Source: the human T2T-CHM13v2.0 reference genome, Homo sapiens. From it: DNA of 64,000 bases. The translations under genes were made by a program, and so were the position numbers. The first letter of the stretch is position 1, and each line of letters opens with the position of its first letter. The notes beneath the pieces are model-generated. The model saw nothing but the letters and a program-made list of their open reading frames with translations, made no database searches and was not told the DNA's origin. This document shows positions 16,122 to 28,600 of this stretch, piece after piece. Location of the stretch: the NCBI RefSeq assembly GCF_009914755.1, contig NC_060927.1. One strand, 5' to 3'.

Positions 16122-16742
16122 TGTGAAAATAAGAAATTAAAAATCCAAGCTGTTGGAACTTTAAAATGTTTTGAGTCTTAAGGGAATGTGATTATGAGAT
16201 CCCAGTCACATGACAGGCAATTGTAACCTAGGCAGATGTAAAGTTTTTTTCTCTGATTAGATTAGCCTTTTGCTTACACACATTATTTGGTAAAATGTTG
16301 TAAGTGACTAAAGAGAGCCAAGGAAGACCTCTTCCTTCTTCATTATTGATCTTCATTATAGATAAAGTTCCTTCTTACCTTTCTCACGCAAAATCTTCAT
16401 GACTATCATGTTGTCTAAGATGGAACATTAAGTACACTCTTTTAAATTGGAAAGGAAATGAAAACAAACTGTAAAGAAAAGAAAACAAGAGGTATGAAAA
16501 AGGAAACAAACTGTAACTAATTAAATTTGTGTAACTCATAAACCAACCTTGTATAGAAAATGTGATAATCCTACTAGATTTCTTTGTTTTCTGCTTATAT
16601 AAGCAAGACCTTAACTTTTAACTTTGGAGCACTGACTCCATTTCTCTAAAGTTTGTGTTTCCTAGAGGGCCAAGCACAGTTTTTCTCTTGAATAAACCCT
16701 TTAAAACTAGATTCTGATCCTTTCAATTATTTCAGATTGGCA
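16122..16742 (+). mobile_element. ERV1 MER4-group solo LTR (subfamily uncertain) inserted in an L2 3' end
   Basis: tgtgaaaataag...aataaa...ggca; perfect TSD gtac; the flanks join to an L2-like attcaacatatatttatggggtac|ttactctgtggtaggcact. Confidence 0.75.
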
Positions 16743-17059
16743 GTACTTACTCTGTGGTAGGCACTCTGTCGGGGGTGGTGCTGGTGTGTTGATTCAAAGA
16801 AATAATTATGGAAACATGTACTACAGCACTTGTTACATGTTCAATGCTAATTTTTTTTTGTATTCACTCCCCTTCTCCAACATTGTCAACTTTCATTAAT
16901 CTATCAGTCAGAGTTCTTAACAGTGTCCAGTGCAGAGGCTTGCAATACGTATAGAATGAATCAAAGAAGAAATATTGAAAGACTCATGCTAAGCAAACAG
17001 TAAAAAAAAAAACAAACATTTCTTTCCACCCTTCTGCCATTTAGAGAAAATATATAGGG

Positions 17060-17320
17060 TCAGTATAACCAGGGATTAAAAGAGCAGGTGGTCATGTCAG
17101 CTAGCTGCTTGAATCCCAGTCTGCTTTTTGCTACGTGGGTGACCTTGGGCAAGTTAATTAACATTTTAAGTTTCAGGTTCCTCATCTATGAAATTGGGAT
17201 TACAACAGTAAGTACTTTATAGAGAGGTGAAGAGTAAATAAATAGATCATGTACAACCTTTAGCATTGTGGCGCACATACAAATAAGTACTGTATAAATA
17301 GTAGGTATATTATCATTATT
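17060..17320 (+). mobile_element. MIR SINE
   Basis: gtgaccttgggcaagttaattaac...ttcctcatctatgaaattggga. Confidence 0.8.
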
Positions 17321-18070
17321 ATAAATATTATATTCTGGAAAATGGTTACCAATTTCATAAGGTCTTAAGAGTAGAACAAGCTTCTCTAAGAGGGTTGTGT
17401 AAAAGTTTAGCTCTCCAAGGTAGTTATCTTAGTCTAAATGTTCTTTTTTCAAAATAGCTGCATATATGCATTTTGCCGCCACATGCCAGAGAAGGATCTC
17501 AACAGGCTGAATGATGCTATTTGCCCCTGGGATCCCCATTCTCCTCCTGATTGTTTAAATAACTTGTAATAAAAAAAGAGTGAAATATATATGGCTTGAG
17601 AGGGACATTTTTCTTTCTGGTGAAATAGCATATTTCTAAGACATTTCTACCTTAGGCATAGAAATCACAACAGTTACCTACACCCATTGAAATGGAAATA
17701 TTAGACTTTAAAAGAATGTTATTATTGTTTAATTAAAATACTTGATGAATGACTCTAAGAAGTGAGAGAGAAAAAGATATGATAGTTGATGCTAGGAATA
17801 AATTAATAAAAGATTAATTTTCAAGAAGATTAATTTGGAGGCAATTTGTAGTATAGATTAGAGAGAAAAAATATCCCCAGAGGAAAATCGTTAAGGTAAT
17901 TATTTGTAATCTAATCTGATTTCCTTTTCTTGAGAGAGCCACTAGACTGGCAAACTGGGGATTTTAGTAAATGAATTAATATCCTGCTTTGATCCTTCAC
18001 AAATTCAAACTGGCTTAAGACCTGCAATATTTTTTTCACTAGAAAATTTGAAATTCGTTGTAATCTAGTG

Positions 18071-18195
18071 CATTCATTCATTCATCCCACACATATTTAT
18101 TGATGGCCTACTGTGTGCCAGGCACTGTGATGTTGTGTATATATTTGTTAATGATGTGATCATGGTCCTGGTGCCTTCGGAGCATACAATCCAAT
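18071..18195 (-). mobile_element. L2 3' end
   Basis: cattcattcattca...atttattgatggcctactgtgtgccaggcactgtg. Confidence 0.75.
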
Positions 18196-18764
18196 CCAGT
18201 TCTTTTTGATGAGAAATTTTGTGTACCATTTTGTAATTTCCTGGGTTTAAGCTAAACCTGTTGCACATTGTACAGTTTTTAACAACTTTTTTTGATTCAG
18301 AACACTAATGAGCTTCTAAGCATCTGAAGGTGGCAATATTTTGGAAAGAAACAAATTATATCAGGAAAGTATTGCTCAGGTTATGAGATAAATGGAAGAT
18401 TCAACTCCCAGGAAGTGGGCAGCCATCATGGCTCAGATTTCCAAATAGCTAAGGTTAGACTGGAGATAAGAGCCAAGTTAAATATGATTAAGTAAGCCAA
18501 GAAGACTAAATATAATACTCATTACAAAAACACATTTGATTTATCCATTTCTAAATAGTAAACCTTGACATTTTGGATAACACTTTCATCATATAAGCAA
18601 AGGGTTCTTTCTAGAGTAACTCACCTGTGTAGTCCAAGTAAAAAAGCCAAAGAATGGGTTGGTGAATTTGACTTACCTCATTCAGCCAGAGACATTGGGG
18701 AGAGGAGGGAAGAATGAATAAATTACTATTATCATGGAATATGATTCCTAGTGGCAGCTATAGC

Positions 18765-18985
18765 TGTAGCTAACATTTACTGAATATTATGTGCTAGGCA
18801 CTGTACTGCATGCCTTATGTACATTATTGTATTTAATCCCCAAGAAAGCTCTATGAGATAGTATTTTATTTAACAGATTATACATTTTAGATTCAGAGGG
18901 CTGGAGTGACTTATCCAGTCACACAGCTTGTGAATGGGTGAGTTGGTCTGACTGCCAGGACTTTGCCTAAGTATTCTATACTACC
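18765..18985 (-). mobile_element. MIR SINE
   Basis: agctaacatttactga...tgtgctaggcactgt...gtcacacagcttgtgaatgg. Confidence 0.7.
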
Positions 18986-19425
18986 TCCCTCTGTGGTCTT
19001 TCCTCTCTGCAATCTTCTCCTAGGGGTAGCCAGTCAATTAAAAACAATTCCTAATACCTTCTAACTTTTATGTAACCCCTAGATTTAGAAACATACTTAA
19101 CCTGAATTACTTGCATTTACTAGCCAGTGTTAATAAGTGTTTCAGAAGACTCAGGAGAAGTCTGGGATGGATACAGGAAGGAGATAAGACTTAAGCTAAG
19201 ATTGGAAGGATCAGTAGGGCTTGAATGGTGAGAGAGAGAAAGACTGCACTGTTCCTGAGAGCTAAGATGCTGAGGCCACAGAGGCAAAGGCTGGAGCCTG
19301 AGCTAGCCAAGATAGAAGGCACATGTTGGGGAATAAAGGCAAGTGGCATCAGATCAGCAAGATTAAGACAGAGTAGCAAAGGCTTTGCATAAGGACATGT
19401 ATGAAGAAGGAAAAATAAATGTATT

Positions 19426-19960
19426 TGTAGTAGGTCGATTACATTTTGACCCTGATTAATGGCTTTCTTGTGTCTACTGCCTTGTGATGTGACTGTGCAG
19501 CATCTCTTATCAAGAGATGAAGCCAGGTACACCCACTCCCTTGAGTATTGGCAGTCCTTTAGCTTGCTTTGGCCAATGTATATGGCAGAACTGATGGTAT
19601 GCTATTTCCGAGTCTGGGCCTCTCAAGACACTTTCCAAGTTTCTGTTGTCTCTCTTGTCCTCCTACCATGCCATGAGAACCAGCTCAGGCTAGGCTGCTG
19701 AAGGAGAAGAGATCATATGGAGGCGAGACCAGCTGGGCCAGAGGAGGCCATCCTAGACCAGTCAAACCCAGTGAATTTACCAGTGACCTCAGACATGTGA
19801 GGGAGACCAAATTAGATCAGCCAAGCACAGTCTAGATCCACAGAATCACCCAGTTGACCCATAGACTTATGAGCACAAATAAATGTTAATTGTTGTATAC
19901 CATTGAGGTTTGGGGGTTGTTTGGTATTCACTATGATTGTGGCAACAGATAACTGAGATA
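19426..19960 (+). mobile_element. MaLR solo LTR (MLT1G/H-like)
   Basis: tgtagtagg...ttgctttggccaat...ccatgccatgagaac...aataaatg...gcaacagataactgagata. Confidence 0.7.
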
Positions 19961-20051
19961 GTATCGTTCCTCATGGACAAAGATGCAAAACTGTAGTTTT
20001 TTTTCTTTTTTTTAATGAGAAAAGTGTAAGAAATGGCCACAATTTATTGAC

Positions 20052-20159
20052 TTTTTTTTTTTTTTTTTTTTTTTTGAGATGGAGTCTTGCTCTGTCACCC
20101 AGGCTGGAGTGCAGTGGCGCAATCTCGGCTCACTGCAAGCTCCACCTCCCAGGTTCAAG
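20052..20159 (-). mobile_element. 5'-truncated young Alu (AluY-like right-arm 3' end)
   Basis: Pure poly-T, then gagatggagtcttgctctgtcacccagg...cactgcaagctcc; TSD ttattgac (20044-20051 and 20160-20167). Confidence 0.85.
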
Positions 20160-21039
20160 TTATTGACCACTTTTTTGGGTATGTAACAGTTACTCAGAAT
20201 ATTTTTATGAGATAGTCTATTTCCCCCATTTTATGAACAAACAAAACCCCAAAAACAACAACAATAACAAGAACAACAAAACACCTGAGATTTAATGTGT
20301 TTTGCCCCAGGTAACATGTGAGATGTGATGAATCAAGGATTTGAACTAAGTATTCTGACTCCAAGGCATTCCTTCCGTGAAGCTCTAGGCAATTCAGGAG
20401 AATGCCACAGATATGGCATGACTGGATTATGTTAAATGAATGTGACAGAATCTTCTATGAAATCCCAAAAGGGAAAAAAAATAATCCAGAGAGTAAAGCC
20501 TGTTGGAACTGACTAAGCACACATTTCCAGAAGTACTGGTCAGTTGTACCTGTGCCAATCTAGACATTTATCTCTAGACATATCTTTAGTATGATTCTGT
20601 GGGTGACTTGTTACTGACTAGATTCATGGGTTGCACAAAACTGGGAGGAATTCTCTAAACACCTTATAGATGCTGAGTACCTGGGAAGAGGAAATCAAAT
20701 ACATTTTAAAGAAAGGTAATGGGGAATCCTCCAATTGGTTTAAGTAAATATTCAATAGAATAAATGGGAAATGAGAGTTATTTATGCTACAAACATCCAT
20801 GTAGTAAAGGTGCATGGTGTGTTTCAGTGAGCGGCAGCAGGCGACTCAGTGAGAACAGAGGATGAGTGTTCAGCCCCTGGCACAGTGTTTGGTCCAGTAC
20901 AGGTACTCAGCAAACACACCTGTAGGGAGGAAGAAATGTGGAAGACACAGGGGTGGGGGTGGGAGTGGGAGAAACATAACAAAAAATAGAAAACAATCAA
21001 GTTCCAAACTGATTCCTGAAGTGAGTTAAGCAGAGGGGA

Positions 21040-21480
21040 CACTATCTATGCCCCACCCAAGTCCCATAGACTCTCCTTTACTGCATCCCCCAAGGTCATC
21101 TTCCTGTGCTGCTGCTCCTAATGGCCAGCACCTGCAGCTCTCTTTGGCCTGGGGCTTCTAGAGCTACTTCAGGTACAGAGGTGGAAGTGCCTGGGGGTTT
21201 ATTTCAATTCCAGGGCAGTGCTTAGCTCAGGACTGACTGGGCTGAGGATAGGAAAGCCCAGCTCCTTGGCCTGTAGGTAGGACACATTCTCAGAGGCAAA
21301 TTAGACTCCGGACCTCCTTGACAGGATCAGTTCTAGGCTGAGATTTTGCCAAAAATAGCATCTTTGATTGAATTTGTTCCACCCACTGTCCTGATTTTCC
21401 AAATCCTTTCCTGATTTTCTTCCAGGAGGGCTGAAGAAATCACTAGCAAATGAACCTAGGACTGGGCATCTTCTTCGAAG
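21040..21480. mobile_element. Old ERVL LTR (LTR16/LTR33-like)
   Basis: Diverged motifs such as ggccagcacctgcagctctc, ggaagtgcctgggg and gaacctagg; boundaries approximate. Confidence 0.4.
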
Positions 21481-21651
21481 ACATGATCTTTTAGAGGTCA
21501 AAGATGGTACATTTTTCATCATTTCATTGCCAGAAACTGGTAGAGTGCCAGGCTTGTAGTAGGTGGCTCATCACATCTTGGAAGGAAGGAAGGAAATCTT
21601 AAAGATTGTGGAGAAAAATGCTGAATGTAAATATAATATCGTCAAATTCTA

Positions 21652-22031
<380 letters not shown>

Positions 22032-22617
22032 GGAAGACAGTGTGGCGATTCCTCAAGGATCTAGAACTAGAAATACCATTTGACCCAGCAATCCCGTTAC
22101 TGAGTGTATAACCAAAAGATTGTAAATCATGCTACTATAAAGACACATGCACACGTATGTTTACTGTGACACTATTCACAATAGCAAAGACTTGGAACCA
22201 ACCCAAATGTCCATCAATGATAGACTGGACTAAGAAAATGTGGCACATGTACACCATGGAATGCTATGCAGCCATAAAAAACGATGAGTTCATGTCCTTT
22301 GTAGGGACATGGATGAAGCTGGAAACCATCATTCTGAGCAAACTATCGCAAGGACAGAAAACCAAACACCGCATGTTCTCACTCATAGGTGGAGACTGAA
22401 CAATGAGAACACTTGGACTCAGGGTGGGGAACATCACACACCGGGGCCTGTTGTGGGGTTGGGGGGGGATGGGGAAGGGATAGCATTAGGAGAAATACCA
22501 AATGTAAATGACTAGTTAATGGGTGCAGCAAACCAACACGGCACATGTATACATATGTAACAAACCTGCACGTTGTACACATGTACCTGAGAACTTAAAG
22601 TATAATTTAAAAAAAAA
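22032..22617 (+). mobile_element. L1PA (PA5/6-like) 5'-truncated 3' end
   Basis: ORF2 C-terminus (AKTWNQPKCPSMIDW...) plus a 3'UTR ending gaacttaaagtataat and an A-tail. Confidence 0.95.
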
Positions 22618-22619
22618 TT

Positions 22620-22621
22620 AA

Positions 22622-22671
<50 letters not shown>
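22620..22671 (+). repeat. (AAAG)n microsatellite from the retroelement tail
   Basis: About 12 perfect AAAG units. Confidence 0.95.
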
Positions 22672-22672
<1 letters not shown>

Positions 22673-22768
22673 TCAACCTGGTTGAAGAGATTAGGGTGAG
22701 TGGAGGAAGGGAGGCAGTTTGTAGTATTGAAGAGGTCAGAATATGTTTGATTGAAGAGCTGAGATGTT

Positions 22769-23121
22769 GCAGCCATAAAAAAGAATGAGATCATGTCTTC
22801 TGCAGGAACATGGATGGAGATGAAGGCTATTATCCTTAGCAACTTAATGCAGGTACAGAAAAGCAAATGCTGTATGTTCTCACTTATACGTGGGAGCTAA
22901 ATGATGAGAACACATGGACACAAAGAGAAGAACAACAGACAGTGGGGCCTACTTGAGGGTGGACGTGGGAGGAGGGAGAGGATCACAAAAAATAACTATT
23001 GGGTCCTAGGCTTAGTACCTGGGTGATGAAATCATCTGTACACCAAACTCCCATACATGAGTTTACCTATATTACAAACATGCACATGTACCCCTGAACC
23101 TAAAAGTTTTTTTTTAAAAAA
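22769..23121 (+). mobile_element. L1PA15/16-like 3' end
   Basis: gcagccataaaaaagaatgagatcatgtc...gggagctaaatgatgagaacacatggacac...catgtacccctgaacctaaaa. Confidence 0.85.
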
Positions 23122-23509
23122 GGAACATAGAATTTTAAAAGATATATAAGGTCAAGTCCCCCTTTAAAAAATTTTTAGATTCAACAGGAATACAGTAATC
23201 TGATCCATTGCTATTTTAAAAAACAATAAAAGGTGAAATGTGAGCAAAATCTTGAAGTAAGACAGTGATTCGAGGGATATTTTTGGCTGAAATGTTCCAT
23301 GCTTAGAAAATATCTAGAAAAATGGCCTAAGGCAAGGCCATGCCTGGCATCTTTAAGGAATATTGAGGAGGCCAGTGTGGTCGAAATTGCATGAGGGAGG
23401 GAGAGAGAAGGGTTTAGAGAGGAAACCAGAGGCCAGAACAACCTAGGCCCTGCAGGCAGCCACCAGGATTCTGGAGTATGCACCCAGTTTCCCACAAATC
23501 TTGATAGCA

Positions 23510-23700
23510 TAGGTTTTAAAACCAGGTAGGTCTTAGTCTGAATCTCAGCTTTGATCTTCCTATGCTACCTTGGATAAGTTATTTAATTTCTCTGAGCCAT
23601 TGTTTTCTCATCTAGGAAATAGGTACAGTCATAGCACCTACTTCATAGGGTTGTGGTGAGGATTTGACAGAACACTTAGCAGGTAAGGGAGCTCAGTAAC
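23510..23700 (+). mobile_element. MIR SINE
   Basis: accttggataagttatttaatttctctgagcc...cttcatagggttgtggtgaggatt. Confidence 0.75.
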
Positions 23701-25554
23701 ATTTTGTGTAAAGCAGCAGGGGTCCAACAACTCAGATTTCTGCTCAGACAATGTCAAGGCTTGATGTCACCCTAATGTCACCCACATCTGGAAGTAGTTC
23801 TGTGGGAAGAGACAAGGGGTTTCACTTGGCTTTCTATAGCTACCCTATATAAAAAAGATCTAGCAGAGAAGTCAGGGAAAAAGGGCCTCTGTCTGTCTAG
23901 ATGAACATTATGGGGCAAACATAGAGGAAATCATCAAGCCAGCCATGGTGAGGGATGGGAGCAGGAGTAGTGAGCCTTCTCCTTTCTTAAAGAGCGGGAG
24001 GATAGTTCATGCTTTTTGCCAAGCTTTACTTTTTCCAAGTCTGGGCATCCTTTGGGCTGCTTCCTTGTCATCTCTCTCCCTACAGCCTCATTGCAGGGAA
24101 ACTACCCAGCTCAGTACGCTTTAGACCGTGGTTCTTATAGTGGAAGTTCAGCTTTTGCTTCTCCTCCTCCTCCAGTGTCTGTAGGAAAATGGTTTGTCAA
24201 AGCAGATTCTGGGTGGCTCCTTCAGCTAACGATAACTGCAAATGCAGTGCTTAGAAAAGGGAAAATAAAGAGCCTTCATGATGGAGATGTCAAGGCATAG
24301 AGGCTGGGTATATGGCTTTGGAGTTTGTGTTTCTGCTCTAGAAGCAGAGGTTCATGGCTATTGATGCAAATAATTCTTTGCTGAGGGATGCACCAATGTT
24401 TAGTGGATGAATCTCTTGCATAAGAATAACCACAGCTAATACGTATATAGCATTGTCATGTCCAAAACACTCTTCTAAATGCTTTATATTTGAGAATTTT
24501 CATGAGCTTCAAACAAAGCCATGGGTACATGATTATCTTCATTTTGGAGACTGTGGGATAGGAAGCTTGAATCATTTGCAAAGTCTTAACAGGTAATAGA
24601 TGATGGAGGGGCTGTCTGAATCAGAGAACCTGGTGGCAAAGTTAATGTTTCTAACCACTTGGATCTATTGTTGCTCTCAAGCTTTGTCTTGTCTTTCCTT
24701 CATCTTATCAGTATTCTAACTGGGAAATGTTGCAGGCTTTGCTCTGACCTTTGATTTATTCTCTGTCTGCTCTAGATGATGTTTAACAGTATCATCTAAT
24801 ACTAACTTGCTAACAAATTGGTTTAATTAGATGATATAAACACTACACAATGTTCTGAAACCAGAACACTAACACATTGCAACCAGCCTCGCAGTTACTT
24901 TCTAAACATACATTGCAAAGGAGCTGCACAAAATTCCATCAGAAGTCCCATGCAGAAGTTCTTTTGGCTTAAATTGCTTGAAATCCTATTTAGAGGGCAA
25001 TGAATTGTCCTTCCAAAATATTACAGCACTGGGTTCATTGCCACCTCATAACACAGGACAATCCAAATCTCATTGGATTGAGTCATAGGCAATCAATTCT
25101 GTGATAATTGTTCTCTAGGCCTCGGCTATTTCCATGACTATAGCGCACTCCTACAAGTTTCTTAACAACTAGCAATTTATAGTACTGATATTTTGTTGGG
25201 AGAAGGGTTGTTACTTGTAGGAGCTCTCTGGGAGCTTCAAAACAAATCAAAATGTAGTTTTTACTCTTGGCTTTTCCCAGTAACTTCATCCAAGAGACTC
25301 AAAATTTGGGGTGTGGAAAGAATGTGAGATTGGAAGCAGCAATTCCAGGTTTAGTCTTAGCTCTGTCTTCAGACAGATCCATTCTCTTCAGGGGGTCAAG
25401 GCATTTGATGAGTCACAGGTCTGGCAAACTGGTATTCTTTCATTCATCCAACAAAAATGAACTGTGTATACTGGGGGTTAGTTCTGCCCTAGACAAGGGA
25501 ACCAACTAGAGAACCAAACAGACAGAATTTCTTGCCCTGATGGCACTTATATTC

Positions 25555-25862
25555 TGTGGCATACTGTATTTCCCCCATATAGTTACAGCAATATTTCTGG
25601 TCTCTCATGTTTTTTTACTACCTTGTCACTCCCCAATCTAAAGTGGAGTCTGTTGCCTCTCCTCTTGTTCCTGGATGAGCTTGTGACTGCACCAACCAAT
25701 AGAGCATAGTGGAAGTGATGCCATGTAAGTTCCAGGTGAGGGATCAGGGCCTGGCGCTCTAACTCCGCCAAGATACTTGTCCTTGGGACTCCACCACCAT
25801 TCAGTGAGAAAGCCCAAACTCACACATGTGCAGCGACCACACAAAGAGGCCCATATAGCTGG
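25555..25862 (+). mobile_element. MaLR LTR fragment (MLT1F/G-like)
   Basis: tgtggcatactgtattt...cttgtgactgc...ccaatagag...ggaagtgatgccatg...gtgagaaagcccaaac. Confidence 0.6.
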
Positions 25863-27105
25863 CAATGGGGTAAGTGCTTACTAACTATTTGCTATTATGA
25901 TCTTAGCATAAAGTAGACAAAAAAGACAACATTTTTAGCATGAAAGCAGAAATACACATTGTAAGTTAAATAACAATCTAAGGAAATATATATCAGTTAT
26001 CCAAATGACTGGCTAAAATTATAAGCAGTCTTGCAATTCAGAGGAGGGAGTGATCATCGTGGGTGGGACTGGACAAGGTAAGCTTTACTGAAGAGGGACT
26101 TGTAATAGACCTGCTGGATGTGGAAAATTTAAGCATCCAGGAGGGCTTTCCAAGCGTAGCATAGCATAAGCAAAGATGTGGAGGGTGGGATGAAGAATAA
26201 CAATAGCTACCATTTTTGGAATCAGACATAATATAGTTCTTCTTGTCAAATACCAACCTTGCATCTCTGAGAGAGATGAGCAACCAGGCTCAGAGGGGTT
26301 AATTAACTTGTCAAGGCCACACAGCAGGCAAAAACAGAGTTTTGATGAAAACTCCAGTCTTGGTTCTAAAGGCCCTTTCCACTACACCATGGAACTTAAT
26401 GACCATGAGAAGCCTAGTACTTTATCTTACAGGTGTATAATTCCTATGCTTTTGTTTGTAAATTTAAATTTTCTTTAAATACCTAAGAATTGACTTAAAG
26501 TAATATTTTAAATATGCAACTGGAAATGTAGCGATGGACTAAATACATCAGTAGTGTTAGTAAATAGGAAAGTTGAGCAGCATGTTACTCAGAAACTGAT
26601 GGGGAATAAATATTTAATATTCCTCAACTCAAATATGGCATGGAAATGATATAAATGAATAGTGTTCCATGCATTTAAATGAAAACAAGGATTTCAGAGA
26701 CACTGCCAACCTTTCATGAGAATCTGTCTCTAATTAAAGACATTTTCTGTAGGTGTATCCCTCTGCAGCTTGCAAGCGGGCGCCCAGTCTGTCAGGACTG
26801 AGTAATTGGCATTTTACTTCCCTTCTCCTTCTTGGCTTACTTGGATTTCATTTACCATCATTTCTTATGATTGGCAATAGATGACATGGGCAGGCTAAGA
26901 ATGGGAGGATGTGAGGCAAGAGAAAGAGCCCTGGAGTGGCAGGGAAGAGCGCTTGTTTCTGGGTCTGGGTCTGTCTAACTCACTGTGTGAACTTAGACTG
27001 GTTATTCAAGCTCTCCAAGCCTCAACTTTCTCAATTATAAAATGAGTCAAGGTAGTTTAACTCTGAGAGACAAAATACGTTTATATTATGTGCCAATTCC
27101 AGTTA

Positions 27106-27613
27106 CAGTAGTTTCTCCTTATCTGCAGGGGAACCGATTCAAGACTCCCCCAGTGGATTATTGAAACTGCCGATAGGACTGAAACCTATGTGTACTGTTT
27201 TTTTTCCTATACATACGTATCTATGATAAAATTTAATTTACAAATTAGGCATAGCAAGTGATTAACAATAACTAATCATAAAATAAAACAATTATAATAC
27301 ACTGAAACAAAGGTAAAATAAGGATTCCCTGAACACAAGCACTTTAACACTTTCACAATCAATCTGATAACCATTAGGTGACTATGGGTGGGTAGCATAG
27401 ACAGCCTAGAGCTGCTGGACAAGGGAATGATTCACACCCTGGGTGGACAAAGTGGGATGGCATTAGATTTCAGCACATTACTCAGAAAGGTGCACAGTTT
27501 AAAACTTAATTTTTTTTATTTCTGGAATTTTTTATTTAATATTTTTGAACTACAGTTGACTGTGGGTAACTGAAACCAAGGAAAATGAAACCATGGAGAA
27601 AGGTGGACTTCTG
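27106..27613 (-). mobile_element. MER44 (Tigger7-derived), second copy
   Basis: ta|cagtagtttctccttatctgcagg...ggtggacttctg; same internal motifs as the 7182-8758 copy. Confidence 0.8.
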
Positions 27614-28600
27614 TGATTGATAGCAGCTGCCTTGAGGGTAGTGCTGAGAAGGATTCTGAGATAAGCATTCTGAAAAGGGTTCTAAGGTGCATATGTCCTA
27701 ATGTAGCAATGAGGTTAGACAAACTAGGTAGGTAGGAAGTGGACCCCAGTCAAGGGCGATCTGTGAGCAAAGGCAAAGGGTAGAAATTTGCTACTGGTGC
27801 TTGGGGTATAATACGTAAACTGATATGATGAGATTGACCCTTTTTTTCATACTTTCTTTATAATACTCTCCATTTGCATTTAATTGTGTTTTCACATCTG
27901 TTTCTCCTTCTAGACAATGAGCTGCTTACGGACAGGAGCTAGGTAGGTCTCATTCTAGAGATGCAGTGGGAACAATAAGGAAGGTAAACACCTTATTTAT
28001 GCCTTGGTTTCATCAAATGTAAAATGGAAGACAATGTTACTCATGTCCTATATTTGTGATGAAGACAACATAGGTTAGTGCAGATAAATCGCTTAGCCTA
28101 GAACTTGGCCCATGTCTGGCACATGATAAATGTTCATTTTATTATTATTAAATTTTTGAGTGTCCAATAAGCTAAAACAGATCTGGAACAAGGTAAAAAC
28201 ACAAACGTTCTTTGTACAAATACATGCACAAATAAATGCATGCATGAATGTAAGAATGAGCTGTGGAATGTAAGTTGGGAGTTCTTCTATTTCAGGTCAG
28301 GTCCAGGTTCTGGAGGGTCCTGAATATCATAATGTGAATTGTGTCCTGAAGGAAATAGAACCATTAATGGTTTAGAGCAGGAAGATAGCACACAGCAGCC
28401 TTGGGTCACCCTCAATCCACATGGGAGGAAGGAAGAAAGGTGGACACAGTACTAAAGGGACCAAGGGAATAGGTGAGGATTGAAGGGTCCTGCCATTCTG
28501 CACCTGTTGATGGCCTCCCCAGGGTCTTGCTGGTCTTACACATGCAGCCAGTATTGAACTGGAACCAGCAATTAGGGAAGACAAACCATTTCTAAAGAAG

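Noticed and set aside
22157-22582. ORFs nearly identical to those at 28695-29095
   Set aside because: L1 ORF2 tail and 3'UTR translations; the similarity is covered by the gene-conversion finding and is not gene paralogy.
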